Source: Acidimicrobiia bacterium (GTDB lineage: Bacteria; Actinomycetota; Acidimicrobiia; UBA2766). Taken from it: a stretch of DNA of 64,000 nt. The notes below the pieces were generated by a model, which worked only from the letters and a program-made list of their open reading frames with translations, made no database searches and was not told the origin of the DNA. Location of the stretch: the NCBI GenBank assembly GCA_038904395.1, contig JBCKKC010000001.1, positions 25,759-89,758 of the forward strand. Reading direction: 5' to 3'. Numbering within the stretch: the stretch's first letter is position 1; every line of letters starts with the position of its first letter. Made by a program: the position numbers and the translations under genes. Shown in pieces: positions 46,796-59,134 of the stretch.

Positions 46796-46989
46796 CCACA
46801 CTCCGTCATTGCGAGGAACGAAGCAATCCAGGTTTTACAGTCTTGCGAGCGCAGCGAGCAAATTCAAATGGATCGAGTCTGATGATAGAGGCCTGCTCGC
46901 TACGCTCGCAGAATATTTAAAGTCTAGATTGCCACGCCCTGTCAAAGCCCAGGGCTCGCAATGACGGGGTGGGGGACGTGAATGGTTAC
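46796..46989. mobile_element. MITE-like repeat element, copy E16
   Basis: CCGTCATTGCGAGGAACGAAGCAATCCAGG .. TTGCGAGCGCAGCGAGCAAATTCAAA .. AGATTGCCACGCCCTGTCAAAGCCCAGGGCTCGCAATGACGG .. GGGGGACGTGAATGGTTAC. Confidence 0.8.
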
Positions 46990-46992
46990 TAC

Positions 46993-48672
46993 TTACCCGG
47001 CCGGTTCGGGTTTGGGAATGCGGAAGGCAAAGTAGATTGCGATCGCTCCAAAGAGGGCCGCTAGGGCGACGGCAAGTCGGGCCGCCTGGGCCACGGCCTC
47101 CCGCACGACCTTTAGGGCCGCGTTGAAGTCACGATTTTGGTTCAGGTCTGTCACAGTCAAGTTGCTCGAGGTAATTTTCGGGTGGATTTCGGCCTGGAAA
47201 TGGATTGCCTCTTCGACTTGCTGGCGGTCCTGAGGACTCAAAGACGGGACGGTCGTGAGCTTGGCCTGAGCGGACGAGACAGCCACAGTAGTGAGGACGA
47301 GGGTTAACAACGCGGAGCACACTCCGCCAGCGATCAATCGAGCTGAGACTTGCGTTCCGCTCGCTACTCCCGACAGCTCCGATGGCACTCCGAAAAGCAG
47401 GATATTGACCAGGCCCGAATAACAGATACTCCAGGCGGCACCTTCCAGAAACAGCGTCGGGGCCAGCCACCAGCCTGATCCGTTCGGCGACAAAAGAGGG
47501 ACTGTCAACAACACGGCGATGGGCTGGACTATCACACCAACGATGATCAGGCTACGGGCTTGGAAGTGCCTTAAGAGCCGAGGAGTGAAGGGCCCGCCAA
47601 CGGCCATGCCCAGTCCCAGGGGCAACAGAGTCAGGCCCGCCTGCAGTGGGTTGTAGCCGAGAACATACTGGCTATATAGGGGGACGAGCAAGAGCAAGCC
47701 AAAGACAGACCCCGTGATGAAGGATGCTGCCAAAGTGCCGTTGGTGAAGCTGGCAATTTTGAAGAGTTTTGGATTGAGGAAAACCTCTCGGCCACCGCGG
47801 AATCTCCGATTCTCAACAAGAGCGAAAACGACCAAAGCCAAGACCGCCAGTATCAACAAGACCGGAATTATCGAAAGGCGGCCAGGAGGCCGCCAACCAA
47901 GCAATGAGGACGTGGTTATTGCTCGCCACCAACCTAGCTTTGGGCCCTCTTGCAGGCCAAGCACCAAGGTACCGATACCGAGAATGAGCAAGACCGTGCC
48001 CACGATGTCGTACTGACCTGCCCCGCCTTTTTTGGCGCTGGTGTCAGGGCGATTTTCTACCACGAACATCGACACCCCAATCACGCAAATAATGGCGATG
48101 GGCACATTGATATAGAAGGCCAAACGCCACGAAAAAGCCGTTGCCGCTTCGCCACCAATCAGGGGCCCGAGCGCTGCTGCCCCACCAATTACGGTTGCCC
48201 AAATCGAAAACGCTAGCGCCCGTTTTGGCCCGGCCGGAAACTCGAGATTGAGTAGCGTCAGCGAGGCCGGCGCCAAGGTCGCCAAGACCAAACCCTGCAG
48301 AACACGCCCCACCATAAGGATCAGGAAGTTCGGTGCTGAACCCGTGACCAAGCTGCCAAGGGCGAACAGGACCATCGATGCCACCAAGACTTTCCGTGCC
48401 CCAACAGCATCGACCACTTTACCCATTACCACCATGAATGAAGCAGCCACCACTAGATAGATGGTGACAATGAGCGTGGCGCTGTTGGCATCGATGTGGA
48501 GGTCAGTGACGATCGAGGGCACAACAACATCGGTGACAGTCAGGTCGAGAACCACTATGAGCAGCGACAACATCAGGAACGTAAAACCCAGCCACACGTT
48601 CTTAGGCAGACTGGCCGACTCGCCAGCGGTGCTCGCAGATGCGGATGTCTGCCTGCTTCCGGATCCAGCCAT
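46993..48672 (-). CDS. MFS transporter (DHA2/EmrB-like, 14 TMS)
   Basis: MFS motif A-like G(R/K) loops (..MVGRVLQGL..), about 14 predicted TM segments, 559 aa. Confidence 0.8.
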   Translation of the reverse strand: MAGSGSRQTSASASTAGESASLPKNVWLGFTFLMLSLLIVVLDLTVTDVVVPSIVTDLHIDANSATLIVTIYLVVAASFMVVMGKVVDAVGARKVLVASMVLFALGSLVTGSAPNFLILMVGRVLQGLVLATLAPASLTLLNLEFPAGPKRALAFSIWATVIGGAAALGPLIGGEAATAFSWRLAFYINVPIAIICVIGVSMFVVENRPDTSAKKGGAGQYDIVGTVLLILGIGTLVLGLQEGPKLGWWRAITTSSLLGWRPPGRLSIIPVLLILAVLALVVFALVENRRFRGGREVFLNPKLFKIASFTNGTLAASFITGSVFGLLLLVPLYSQYVLGYNPLQAGLTLLPLGLGMAVGGPFTPRLLRHFQARSLIIVGVIVQPIAVLLTVPLLSPNGSGWWLAPTLFLEGAAWSICYSGLVNILLFGVPSELSGVASGTQVSARLIAGGVCSALLTLVLTTVAVSSAQAKLTTVPSLSPQDRQQVEEAIHFQAEIHPKITSSNLTVTDLNQNRDFNAALKVVREAVAQAARLAVALAALFGAIAIYFAFRIPKPEPAG

Positions 48673-48759
48673 TATGCGCCAATCCCCCCGGTATGAAATA
48701 CCAGGGAAGTGTAGCCGGTCGGGCCAGCACCCCGTGGCGAGAGTGTCGCTACCAGCTTT

Positions 48760-49024
48760 ACGTCATTGCGAGGAGCCAGAGGCCACGCACGACCCCAATC
48801 GCGGAGACACTCCAACCCTCCCGTCATTGCGAGCCCTGGCTCTGCAGGGCGAAGCAATCCAGACTTTAAATATTTGCGAGCGCAGCTCGCAATTCAAAAT
48901 CGATCGAACAGTCGGTTGGTCTGCGGCTTCGCCGCAGGTGGATCCTCACGGTCGCTGCGCTCCCTCAGGATGACGAGAGGGGGGGTAGCCCCCCTCAGGA
49001 TGACGGGAGGGGTGAATGGCTACC
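48760..49024. mobile_element. MITE-like repeat element, compound copy E17
   Basis: Two left arms (CGTCATTGCGAGGAGCCAGAGG.., CGTCATTGCGAGCCCTGGCTCTGCAGGGCG..), centre TTTGCGAGCGCAGCTCGCAATTCAAAA, ..GGTCTGCGGCTTCGCCGCAGGTGGATCC.., a duplicated CCCTCAGGATGACG end, and terminal repeat GGGGTGAATGGCTAC. Confidence 0.8.
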
Positions 49025-49037
49025 GGCTGGGTCCACC

Positions 49038-50750
49038 CTAGGCAGCAACCTGAACGATGCGGCTGCGGCGCACATCGTCTTTGTAGTTGGCCCGAATTTT
49101 GCGCAGCTCAGATTTCACTACCTTACGCCGGACGGCCTCATCGCCGATAATTTCCGCCAATCCCTTGATCTCTGCGGCGAGGGCTGCGAATTCTGCGCGC
49201 AGCTGGCTGCCTTCGAGGTTGGTTAGCTTGCGTAGTTGCATGTCGACGATAGCTTGGGCTTGGACTTCGTCAATCGTCAACAGTTCTTGCAAAGCCGTTT
49301 TGGCAGCAGGCACATCCGGAGACCGCTTGATGGTCGCAATGACCTCATCGATGGCATCCAACGCTTTGATCAGCGCACTGACAATGTGTTGTCGCGCTTG
49401 GGCCTTGCCGAGTCGAAACTGGGAGCGGCGCAGCACGACTTCCATGCGGTGGTCACAAAATGCCGACAAGATGTCGACCACGGTGCAAATTCTGGGCACT
49501 CCGTCAACAAGCGCCCGCATACCCACCGAAAAATTATCTTCGAGGCGGGTGAGCGTGTAGAGCTCGGCAAGAGTCGCCGCTGGATCCTGACCCCGCTTCA
49601 CGATTACTTGCAGCTCCTGGCCGGTCTTGTCGGTAGCGTCAATGACGTCTGACACTCCTTGCAGTCGCCCCTTCTTCACGTATGCCACAATCGCTTCGGC
49701 AACGTCAGCAACGGAAACCGACGGAGGCAGGCTGCGGAAACTGAGCTTACTGGCCCCACGTGTGTGGGACTCTTGACTAACTCGGGCCCGCAGTTTAATG
49801 CGTCCCTGGCCACTCGAATAAGCAGCGACGATCCCGTTCGCCTCAGCCCCGGCATCGACTTGGGGCTTTGGCTTGCCACGCTTGGTTGTCTTCGAATCGC
49901 CAAACTCGGGAATGATGTCACAGCCTGTGGCAAAGTCGGGCCCGGGCAATTTGGCCATTATTTGCTTGATCGAAGCCTGCGGTTTATCCAGAATCAGCAA
50001 GACCGCATCGATCACCTCGAGCGGATTGTGCGGAGGGATGTTGGTTGCCATCCCCACTGCAATACCTGCCGCGCCGTTGACTAAGAGCTGGGGAAATGCT
50101 GCTGGCAGTACTGTCGGTTCTTTGCTTTCGCCGTCATAGTTGGGGACGAAGTCGACCGTGCCTTCTTCGATGTCGGCCAGCAGGGCCATTCCGGTCTCAG
50201 ACATTCGGCACTCTGTGTAGCGCATCGCAGCCGGCGGAAAACTGGGCGAGCCAAAGTTGCCTTGGCCATCAATCAAGGGCACATATTGAGAGAAGGGTTG
50301 GGCCATGCGCACGAGAGCATCGTAGATAGCTTGATCACCGTGAGGGTGATATAGACCCATTACCTCACCCACCACCTTGGCACACTTGCGAAAAGGTCCG
50401 GGCGGCCGCACGCCACTAGTATGCATACCCCACAGAATCCGCCGCTGGACCGGTTTCAGACCGTCACGCACATCAGGTAACGCCCTAGCAACGATGACCG
50501 ACATCGAGTACTCAAGATAGGAGTCTTCCATCTCGCGGGTAAGCTCACGGGTCTCGATGGCGAGGCTGCGATTGCTCGTATCGCCTCGAGTGCGCCCAGC
50601 CTTGACACGGGGCCTTTTCGGCGCCGGAGGCTCAACCAGCCCGGAGGGTTCAGCCAGGTCGGAAGGATCGGGTGAACCAGGCGACTCCTCGGCCTCATCC
50701 ACAACATCAAATAGCGTGGCGTCACCGCCCTTGTTCTTGCCTTTGGACAT
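49038..50750 (-). CDS. type IIA topoisomerase A-subunit homolog lacking the C-terminal beta-pinwheel domain (TopoM-like)
   Basis: GyrA/ParC N-terminal breakage-reunion domain with the active-site AMRYTE tyrosine, tower and coiled-coil, ending at about residue 570 with no CTD. It has a 70 aa acidic/Pro-rich N-terminal extension. Confidence 0.8.
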   Translation of the reverse strand: MSKGKNKGGDATLFDVVDEAEESPGSPDPSDLAEPSGLVEPPAPKRPRVKAGRTRGDTSNRSLAIETRELTREMEDSYLEYSMSVIVARALPDVRDGLKPVQRRILWGMHTSGVRPPGPFRKCAKVVGEVMGLYHPHGDQAIYDALVRMAQPFSQYVPLIDGQGNFGSPSFPPAAMRYTECRMSETGMALLADIEEGTVDFVPNYDGESKEPTVLPAAFPQLLVNGAAGIAVGMATNIPPHNPLEVIDAVLLILDKPQASIKQIMAKLPGPDFATGCDIIPEFGDSKTTKRGKPKPQVDAGAEANGIVAAYSSGQGRIKLRARVSQESHTRGASKLSFRSLPPSVSVADVAEAIVAYVKKGRLQGVSDVIDATDKTGQELQVIVKRGQDPAATLAELYTLTRLEDNFSVGMRALVDGVPRICTVVDILSAFCDHRMEVVLRRSQFRLGKAQARQHIVSALIKALDAIDEVIATIKRSPDVPAAKTALQELLTIDEVQAQAIVDMQLRKLTNLEGSQLRAEFAALAAEIKGLAEIIGDEAVRRKVVKSELRKIRANYKDDVRRSRIVQVAA

Positions 50751-50791
50751 GATTCACCGTCTCTTCCTTCTCCGAATGGGGGGCGAAATTT

Positions 50792-52861
<2,070 letters not shown>

Positions 52862-52976
52862 TCAGACTGTCTATTTGCGATGGTTTCGAGGCGCTCCCCC
52901 AAATATGTCCAGCTAGGCTTATTCCCTGTGTGGGCTAGGGGAATGAATGTGTGCTGGATGGTCATGGGACTGAACA

Positions 52977-54284
52977 ATGGTGCGACGAAACCTGGCAAAG
53001 CGAACAAAGGCAACAATGCAACGCCTGTTTCAAGAGCGTCAGGCGCGCTCAAGCACGCGCCGATTCTTCCTCTTGGGTGTCAAGGATTCGGTCGGGGAAC
53101 ACTGGCATAGTGAACGGCGAACAATACGTGTCGGACTTGTCGCCCACGGGGTGTCAGCCATCACCGGACTAGCTGCCGGCCTGATGCTCGTCGCCCTGGC
53201 CGGTACAATCCAAAAGTTGCCAGGTTTACTTCTGCTGATTACGCCATCGATCGGCATGCGAGGCAATATTTTCGGCGCTATGGGTAGCAGGCTGGGGACC
53301 GCCATGGTGTTGGGAGACTTTCAATTCAGCATCCGTAAACCGGGCCCACTGCGAGACAATCTGATCGCGAGCGCCCCGCTGGTCGTCTTGACTGCGGCGT
53401 TTTTGGCTGTCAGCGCCTGGGTATTCGCTGGAATTTTCAATCTAGAAACGATGAGCCTGTGGGACCTGATGGTGATCTCCGGAAGCGGCGCGATCATCTC
53501 ATCGGTCTTGGTTGCTGGCTTCACGATCGCCGTGGCCGCCGCTTCGGCTCGTTTCCGTTGGGACCTCGACTCGATCGCCGCCCCCCTTGTCACCCTTGCC
53601 GGTGACTTTGTGGGCGTACCGGCCATAGCCCTCAGCGTGCCTCTGGCCATGAGCGGATTCGTATCTGTCGGCACGGCGCTTGCTCTGTTGGCCCTGGGTA
53701 TCGGCTCTGCCTACTGGGTGGTGGCAATCATCCGCGGGAGGGCCAGGCGCATTTTTGCCGAGAGTCTCCCGGTTCTGGCCCTCGTCGGCCTGCTCAGCTT
53801 GTGCGCGGGCGCTATTCTGCAAGAACAACAGCCCCTACTGCTGCAATATCAAGTCTTCCTGATGATCTTGCCATCGTTCCTGGAAGCGTGCGGTGGATTC
53901 GGCGGCATGTACACAAGTCGGCTATCAACAAAAATCCACCTGGGATTGGTCGAAGCTAAATTTTGGCCACAGCAAATGGCGCTCGTGGATGCAACCCTCA
54001 TCTACTTGTTTGCCGTCATCATCTTTCCCCTTGTGGCGATCATCGCACTAATCGTCACTACTGCTCTGGGTGCGGGCGCGCCCTCGGTGCTAACCACGCT
54101 TGCCACGACTATCTCGGCCGGCCTTGTCGCAACCACACTTACGTTGATAGTGGGCTATTATGCCGCCCAAGCGACCGTCCGCTTCGGCCTCGACCCCGAT
54201 AATCACAGCCTGCCCCTGGTGACATCCTCAATGGACCTCCTAGGCAGTTTGTGCCTAACCTCAGCAATCATCTTCTTCACTTGA
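52977..54284 (+). CDS. MgtE-family divalent-cation transporter with duplicated transmembrane domain, no cytosolic MgtE_N/CBS module
   Basis: Two MgtE TM repeats (GNIFGAMGSRLGT.. and ..DPDNHSLPLVTSSMDLLGS). The exact start is uncertain. Confidence 0.6.
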   Translation: MVRRNLAKRTKATMQRLFQERQARSSTRRFFLLGVKDSVGEHWHSERRTIRVGLVAHGVSAITGLAAGLMLVALAGTIQKLPGLLLLITPSIGMRGNIFGAMGSRLGTAMVLGDFQFSIRKPGPLRDNLIASAPLVVLTAAFLAVSAWVFAGIFNLETMSLWDLMVISGSGAIISSVLVAGFTIAVAAASARFRWDLDSIAAPLVTLAGDFVGVPAIALSVPLAMSGFVSVGTALALLALGIGSAYWVVAIIRGRARRIFAESLPVLALVGLLSLCAGAILQEQQPLLLQYQVFLMILPSFLEACGGFGGMYTSRLSTKIHLGLVEAKFWPQQMALVDATLIYLFAVIIFPLVAIIALIVTTALGAGAPSVLTTLATTISAGLVATTLTLIVGYYAAQATVRFGLDPDNHSLPLVTSSMDLLGSLCLTSAIIFFT

Positions 54285-54416
54285 CCCCTGATCTCTGGGG
54301 AGGTCATTCCCAAGGCGACCATTTCCTGCTAGATATATGTGAGCAATTCTCCGCCAAAGCTATGGTCTTGGAGTGCGAGCACCAATCTGATTATTTCGAC
54401 ACCATTAGGGCACTGA

Positions 54417-55247
54417 ATGCAAAAAGCAGCAACTCAATACGAAGGTGAAGTGGATACCACTACTGAACAGCAAGCCGATGAACTTTGGCTCGACTGGGGG
54501 TGCAATTCTTCACCGAACCTAGATGTGACGCGTGGCTCTGCGACGTCAATTGATCTCAGAGACGAACAATCAGACCAACAAGAAGGTTGGGCGCGCTCAC
54601 AATCTCCTTGGCAACTCGATTGGGCCTCTGACGAGGGAGCCGGACTGGGTAGCGACCTCCAGACTAAGACGCTAGAGAGGGTCACAACACTGCCCCCACT
54701 GTTTCTAGATGAGTCGACACTTACAACGAGTGGGCCCCAGGAACTCAAGGTCCAAGAGCAAGTTGCAGAGACCGCCACTGTGCCGAGTGTTAGCGCTGCA
54801 TCCGCGACCGCAGCACAAAAGCAAGCGACAAAGGCCCACATCGGCAGCCTGCTAATTCTCGTCGGTTGCATATTCCTTGTCCTGGCGCTGTTCCTCTTTG
54901 TGTCAGGCCGACGTCAACAGGCCAGCAACCTCACGCTCACACGCAGTATCCACAATGAGGCAGTGCAATTTGACGCCGCACAATCGGGACTTTCGCAGAC
55001 TGGCGATGGCCTCACGGCCGCTAAGAACAAGCTTGCCGAGCTAAGCAAGCGCCAGGACGACCTCAATCGAGCAGCAAACGATGCAATTGGCACATTCAAC
55101 GCTGCGGCCAATTCGTATGGCTCAGCCCACGACAAGGCGGTGTCAGACATCCAGACCAAGGGACAAGCCAGCCTCGATGCTCTGCAAGCTCAACTCAACC
55201 AGACCCCGAAACAGTCAACGACCCCAGCGACTGCTCCCACGAGATAA
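54417..55247 (+). CDS. hypothetical single-pass membrane protein with coiled-coil ectodomain
   Basis: Acidic N-terminus, one TM (LLILVGCIFLVLALFLFV), then a Gln/Ala-rich helical region. Confidence 0.45.
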   Translation: MQKAATQYEGEVDTTTEQQADELWLDWGCNSSPNLDVTRGSATSIDLRDEQSDQQEGWARSQSPWQLDWASDEGAGLGSDLQTKTLERVTTLPPLFLDESTLTTSGPQELKVQEQVAETATVPSVSAASATAAQKQATKAHIGSLLILVGCIFLVLALFLFVSGRRQQASNLTLTRSIHNEAVQFDAAQSGLSQTGDGLTAAKNKLAELSKRQDDLNRAANDAIGTFNAAANSYGSAHDKAVSDIQTKGQASLDALQAQLNQTPKQSTTPATAPTR

Positions 55248-55252
55248 ATGCC

Positions 55253-55936
55253 ATGAGATCAACCCTTACCAAGCTAGATCGCCCAGTCGCCGTACTTTGT
55301 GCGTCAGTATTCTGCTTGGCCGCGTTCTTGGCAACGGCGTCAGGTTATAGATCGTACGCATCAGCCCAAACTCACGGCGAAAGGCTAACCCACATTCGGA
55401 ATGTGACTACACAGCAACAGGACAGGCTGCGTTCGATTGTCAGACTGGCCGGCACGTCCGCCGTTCCATTTGTCACGATGGCCGCCAAAGCAGAGGAACA
55501 GGCGCAGTCCTTGCGACAAGACGTCCAGAGCTTCCTGGCATCTCTCACCAGCGCAAAGGATGCTCTCATCGCAGGAAACACCAAGGAGTACCAGGCGCTA
55601 ATTACCCAAGCAAACACTGTCAAAGACGCAATTAATGCCAAGACGTCGGCTTATAACGCGTTGGTTTCACCGTTGCAAACAGGTATCTCGGCATCATTAA
55701 CCGTAGCCAACATCAGCGACACTCTCGTCGCTACTTCGAAAGCGCCCGCGACCACGTCAACCACGAAACCGAAAAAGGATCAGTCTCAGGACACACCCAA
55801 AAAGTCCTCTTCAAATGACAGAGCCGCTCCTCGAACCGCCTCTGCCCTACCCGATACGGCCGCCCCACAAGCACAAGACCAGGCCCCGCCGCCCGAACCA
55901 GCTCCCGCTCCGGCCGTTCAACCCCCCTCGCAATAG
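55253..55936 (+). CDS. hypothetical membrane-anchored protein (paralogous architecture to the previous gene)
   Basis: N-terminal signal/anchor, Ala/Gln-rich helical region, and Pro-rich tail. Starts 6 bp after the preceding gene. Confidence 0.45.
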   Translation: MRSTLTKLDRPVAVLCASVFCLAAFLATASGYRSYASAQTHGERLTHIRNVTTQQQDRLRSIVRLAGTSAVPFVTMAAKAEEQAQSLRQDVQSFLASLTSAKDALIAGNTKEYQALITQANTVKDAINAKTSAYNALVSPLQTGISASLTVANISDTLVATSKAPATTSTTKPKKDQSQDTPKKSSSNDRAAPRTASALPDTAAPQAQDQAPPPEPAPAPAVQPPSQ

Positions 55937-56198
55937 CCCCGAGCGTGATCATGATAGGGTTGGACCAAGAGTCATACTGATGAGCTCTCGTCTCCCTCCA
56001 TGACAATTACTTTCCAGACAGATAGTTTGGACTCGCCAGGATGGACGCAAAGTATGCGCTATTTGCACCCTCGAAAACAGCATCCACGGTTATTTTCGTT
56101 TAGGGCCTCGTGTGCAAATAGCGCAGGTGCCCTGGGGCAGCCATCGCGAGGATACAACTCTGTTACAGGCCGAGCGTACACCGTTGACAAGACAACAC

Positions 56199-56576
56199 TT
56201 AGGTAAGTCTCGCTCTGAGTTGGGCTTCTTCGACCAGTTGCCTTGCGCTTCGGCCTGCCCGTTTGTGATCGTCGCTGCTTACTTGGTATGCGCTGTAGCC
56301 AGCTCTGGTTTTCATCCCCAACAAGACGGCGAGGGCGTTAGCGAGACTCTTACCATTTGGCTGCACCAGTTTCAGCAGAGCGATCGCGTTTTGGTGGTCA
56401 TCGCCCTGCGCATGTTCGCCGACAGCTGCACAGCATATTGCATCCGCTGCAGCGATGCCTGCGTGTACACACAAGATCACATAGCTGTCTCCAACATCGC
56501 CCTGATCAACGGTGGATGCTCGGATGAGCTCAGCCGCTCCGAGGAACTGTTCAGCCTTCTCAAGCCGTCCTTGCAT
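56199..56576 (-). CDS. HEPN-domain protein (toxin-like partner of the adjacent nucleotidyltransferase)
   Basis: HEPN pattern ..AEQFLGAAELI..GDSYVILCVHAGIAAADAI....DDHQNAIALLKL....RAGYSAYQ.. Confidence 0.6.
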   Translation of the reverse strand: MQGRLEKAEQFLGAAELIRASTVDQGDVGDSYVILCVHAGIAAADAICCAAVGEHAQGDDHQNAIALLKLVQPNGKSLANALAVLLGMKTRAGYSAYQVSSDDHKRAGRSARQLVEEAQLRARLT

Positions 56577-56609
56577 GATTGTTTGGTCACAGGGGCCGCC
56601 GTCTCGGAT

Positions 56610-57236
56610 TCATTGAGATGATCTCCTCATCAATGCGTGCAAGGCTTCGGTTGAGCCACCGAGTCGAATACCGTCGGCGAGAGCATCGGAAACGACCCCT
56701 TCATTGCCGAGTCGGCCGGTTTCGTCCACGCCATATTCGAGAATGCGAGGATCATTGCCTGACCAATCATGTAGCTGCTCGGACAGATCATTGAGTTGAT
56801 CCCGCCATTGAGGATCGTCGGCATCGCAATCTTTACGTCTCACCACGAGAACATCAATGTCGCTATCGCTGCCTCCCTCGCCACGAGCGACAGACCCGAA
56901 AAGCAACGCAACCACTGCAGGGGTCTTCCAACCATCAATCGCCGAGCGTGCGTGTCGCACTAGATCCGCGCCCAGGTCGGCTATCGCTTCAATGTGTGGT
57001 GCTGCCAGATGGTTTCGGTTCAAACGGTAAAGGTGTGCTGCGCCGACATCATCACGGAGCACAACGCCGGTGCCAGATAGGCGCTCGAGTACTTTTCGAA
57101 CACCTTCTTCAGACCCATGACCGGCCAGACGATGCACTTGCCGTCCAGAAAGAGCTCTATCAGAGCGGGCAAGAACAGCCAACACAGCACCGTCGAGGGT
57201 TGGAGTAACAACGCTAAAAGGAGCCCGAAAATCCAT
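56610..57236 (-). CDS. minimal nucleotidyltransferase (MNT) with N-terminal winged-helix domain
   Basis: LFGSVARGEGGSDSDIDVLVV is the GSxxRGx(n)DxD NTase motif. The N-terminal wHTH is ..LSGRQVHRLAG... Confidence 0.7.
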   Translation of the reverse strand: MDFRAPFSVVTPTLDGAVLAVLARSDRALSGRQVHRLAGHGSEEGVRKVLERLSGTGVVLRDDVGAAHLYRLNRNHLAAPHIEAIADLGADLVRHARSAIDGWKTPAVVALLFGSVARGEGGSDSDIDVLVVRRKDCDADDPQWRDQLNDLSEQLHDWSGNDPRILEYGVDETGRLGNEGVVSDALADGIRLGGSTEALHALMRRSSQ

Positions 57237-57379
57237 ATCCCAACTATAGTCGGCCTGTGCCCATGATAGTTGGGACTGCCTGTTTGAGACTGCACCATCG
57301 ACGAACCTTTACCTCGACCAACGCTAAACCTAGGACCGGGGGCTCGGTTGATTACTCCGACCACTGATAGCGAGGTTCG

Positions 57380-59005
57380 CTAAGGAGAGTCTTCATCCGA
57401 TTCGAAATATTCGGTCCAGCGGGCGGTGGCCTCGGCGGCGAACAACAGTTGGCAGGCATGACGGAGGGCGGGGGCGGATTCGAGCTCGTTCCGTGAATAG
57501 AGCAAGGCAAGTTTGGTGCGGCGGCGCAGGAAGTCATCGAGAGTGACAATCATCTCGGTATTGGCCATGTGGGCTGCTTCGGCCAGGATGTATCCACTAC
57601 CGGGCAAGATCTCGTCACCCAACGAGGGGTCGGCCTCGACTAGCGCAAGCACGTGATAAGCGGCCAAGTCGTAGCGGCGCCAGAGGGCAACGGGGTCTTG
57701 ATTCTTCGTCGTGGAAGCGAGTAGTCGTCGAGCCTGAGCCATGAACTGGGCCCGGTCCCGGCCGGACGACTCGCCATACCAGCGCACCTTGCCCGGCGTT
57801 ACCGGCACGTCCAACGAGTTAACTTTGGCACACACCTCGGCACCAATATTGAGGGCATCCGACAACTTACCGCCGAAAATACTCAGATACGACCGCTCAC
57901 GATCGACTTCGATCACATGTTTGCGTGACAACGAAGTCCAGCTTTTCACAGACCGTTTACCGGCCCCCCTATTGATGGCGAGAGGACGCACGCCAACACG
58001 TTCGGCGATAATGTCTTCTTTGCGAAGGGGTACAGCCAAATCCAGGCGTTGATTGACCTGGTCAAGAAGGAACTGGCGATCGCTATCTTGAACAGCCACT
58101 TCGGGACTGTCCACCCGAGTGTCAGTAGTCCCAATTACCGACACCCGACCCATCGGTAGCACGAAGAACAACCGCTGTTCATCATCAAAGAAGGCCAACA
58201 CGTGATCGTGCTCAGAAATGCGAGGAACCGTGAGGTGAATACCCTTTGAGAGATAGAGCTCGTGCTGCGCGGTGACATCGAGCTGGTCATTGAAGCAGTC
58301 CACATACGGCCCTGTCGCATTGACCAGAACCTTCGCTGTGGCCGAATGCGAATCGCCGGTGATCTGGTCGACGAGTTGCACAGACCAGCGACCCCCATCG
58401 AAGGACGCATCGGCGACGTTCATGTAATTTACGGCCGCCGCCCCCGCCTCGGTGGCAGAGCGGACGAAGCTAAAAACAAATCGAGCATCGTTCTCGACCA
58501 AAAATGCGTCGGAATACTCTACCCCGCCCCGGACTCGCTCAGTGTCGACGAGAGCGTCCCGTTTGCGCACGCCGCCGGGACCGAAAAAGAGCGGCGCTCT
58601 GGTGGCCATATCGCCGATCAGCCAGTAGAGGGATGCACCTGCTCCGATAATGCCCGGCCCGTGAGGCGACCCCGAATCGACAACCGTGAGAAAGCGAATT
58701 TCCCGAATGTTCGTGGGATAAGCCCGCATCAACCGGTTGCGTGAGCGGCACAGATTGCGCACCAAAGAGAACTCGTAGTTCTCGAGATACTTGATGCCAC
58801 CCCAGATCAGATTCGATGACTCTTGGCTGGTACCCCCTGCGAAATCGCCCCTGTCGACGAGAGCTACCTTCACCCCTCGAGCGGCCAGAGCGGCAGCGCT
58901 CACCGCCCCACTGTTGCCGCCACCAACAATCATCACACCAAATGATTGACCTGACAGCTTCTCAATCTGCGTGTCTCTTGACACATACTCTCCCGGAACA
59001 GTCAT
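57380..59005 (-). CDS. glpD: FAD-dependent glycerol-3-phosphate dehydrogenase GlpD
   Basis: FAD-binding VMIVGGGNSGAVSAAALAARG, GlpD-type length and C-terminal domain. The start is at MTVPGEYV. Confidence 0.85.
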   Translation of the reverse strand: MTVPGEYVSRDTQIEKLSGQSFGVMIVGGGNSGAVSAAALAARGVKVALVDRGDFAGGTSQESSNLIWGGIKYLENYEFSLVRNLCRSRNRLMRAYPTNIREIRFLTVVDSGSPHGPGIIGAGASLYWLIGDMATRAPLFFGPGGVRKRDALVDTERVRGGVEYSDAFLVENDARFVFSFVRSATEAGAAAVNYMNVADASFDGGRWSVQLVDQITGDSHSATAKVLVNATGPYVDCFNDQLDVTAQHELYLSKGIHLTVPRISEHDHVLAFFDDEQRLFFVLPMGRVSVIGTTDTRVDSPEVAVQDSDRQFLLDQVNQRLDLAVPLRKEDIIAERVGVRPLAINRGAGKRSVKSWTSLSRKHVIEVDRERSYLSIFGGKLSDALNIGAEVCAKVNSLDVPVTPGKVRWYGESSGRDRAQFMAQARRLLASTTKNQDPVALWRRYDLAAYHVLALVEADPSLGDEILPGSGYILAEAAHMANTEMIVTLDDFLRRRTKLALLYSRNELESAPALRHACQLLFAAEATARWTEYFESDEDSP

Positions 59006-59053
59006 TGATATCTCGGACTGTCCAGATCTTACCGCTAAGCTGAAATGCATTCT

Positions 59054-59127
59054 GCTCGAGTAGCTCAGTTGGCTAGAGCGCTGCCCTTACAAGGCAGATG
59101 TCGGGGGTTCGAGTCCCTCCTCGAGCA
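59054..59127 (+). tRNA. tRNA-Val (anticodon TAC)
   Basis: Cloverleaf with acceptor GCTCGAG/CTCGAGC, D-arm TAGCTCAGTTGGCTAGAGC, anticodon stem CTGCC/GGCAG with loop CTTACAA, T-arm GGGGGTTCGAGTCCCTC, discriminator A, and an encoded CCA. Confidence 0.85.
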
Positions 59128-59134
59128 CCATTTC

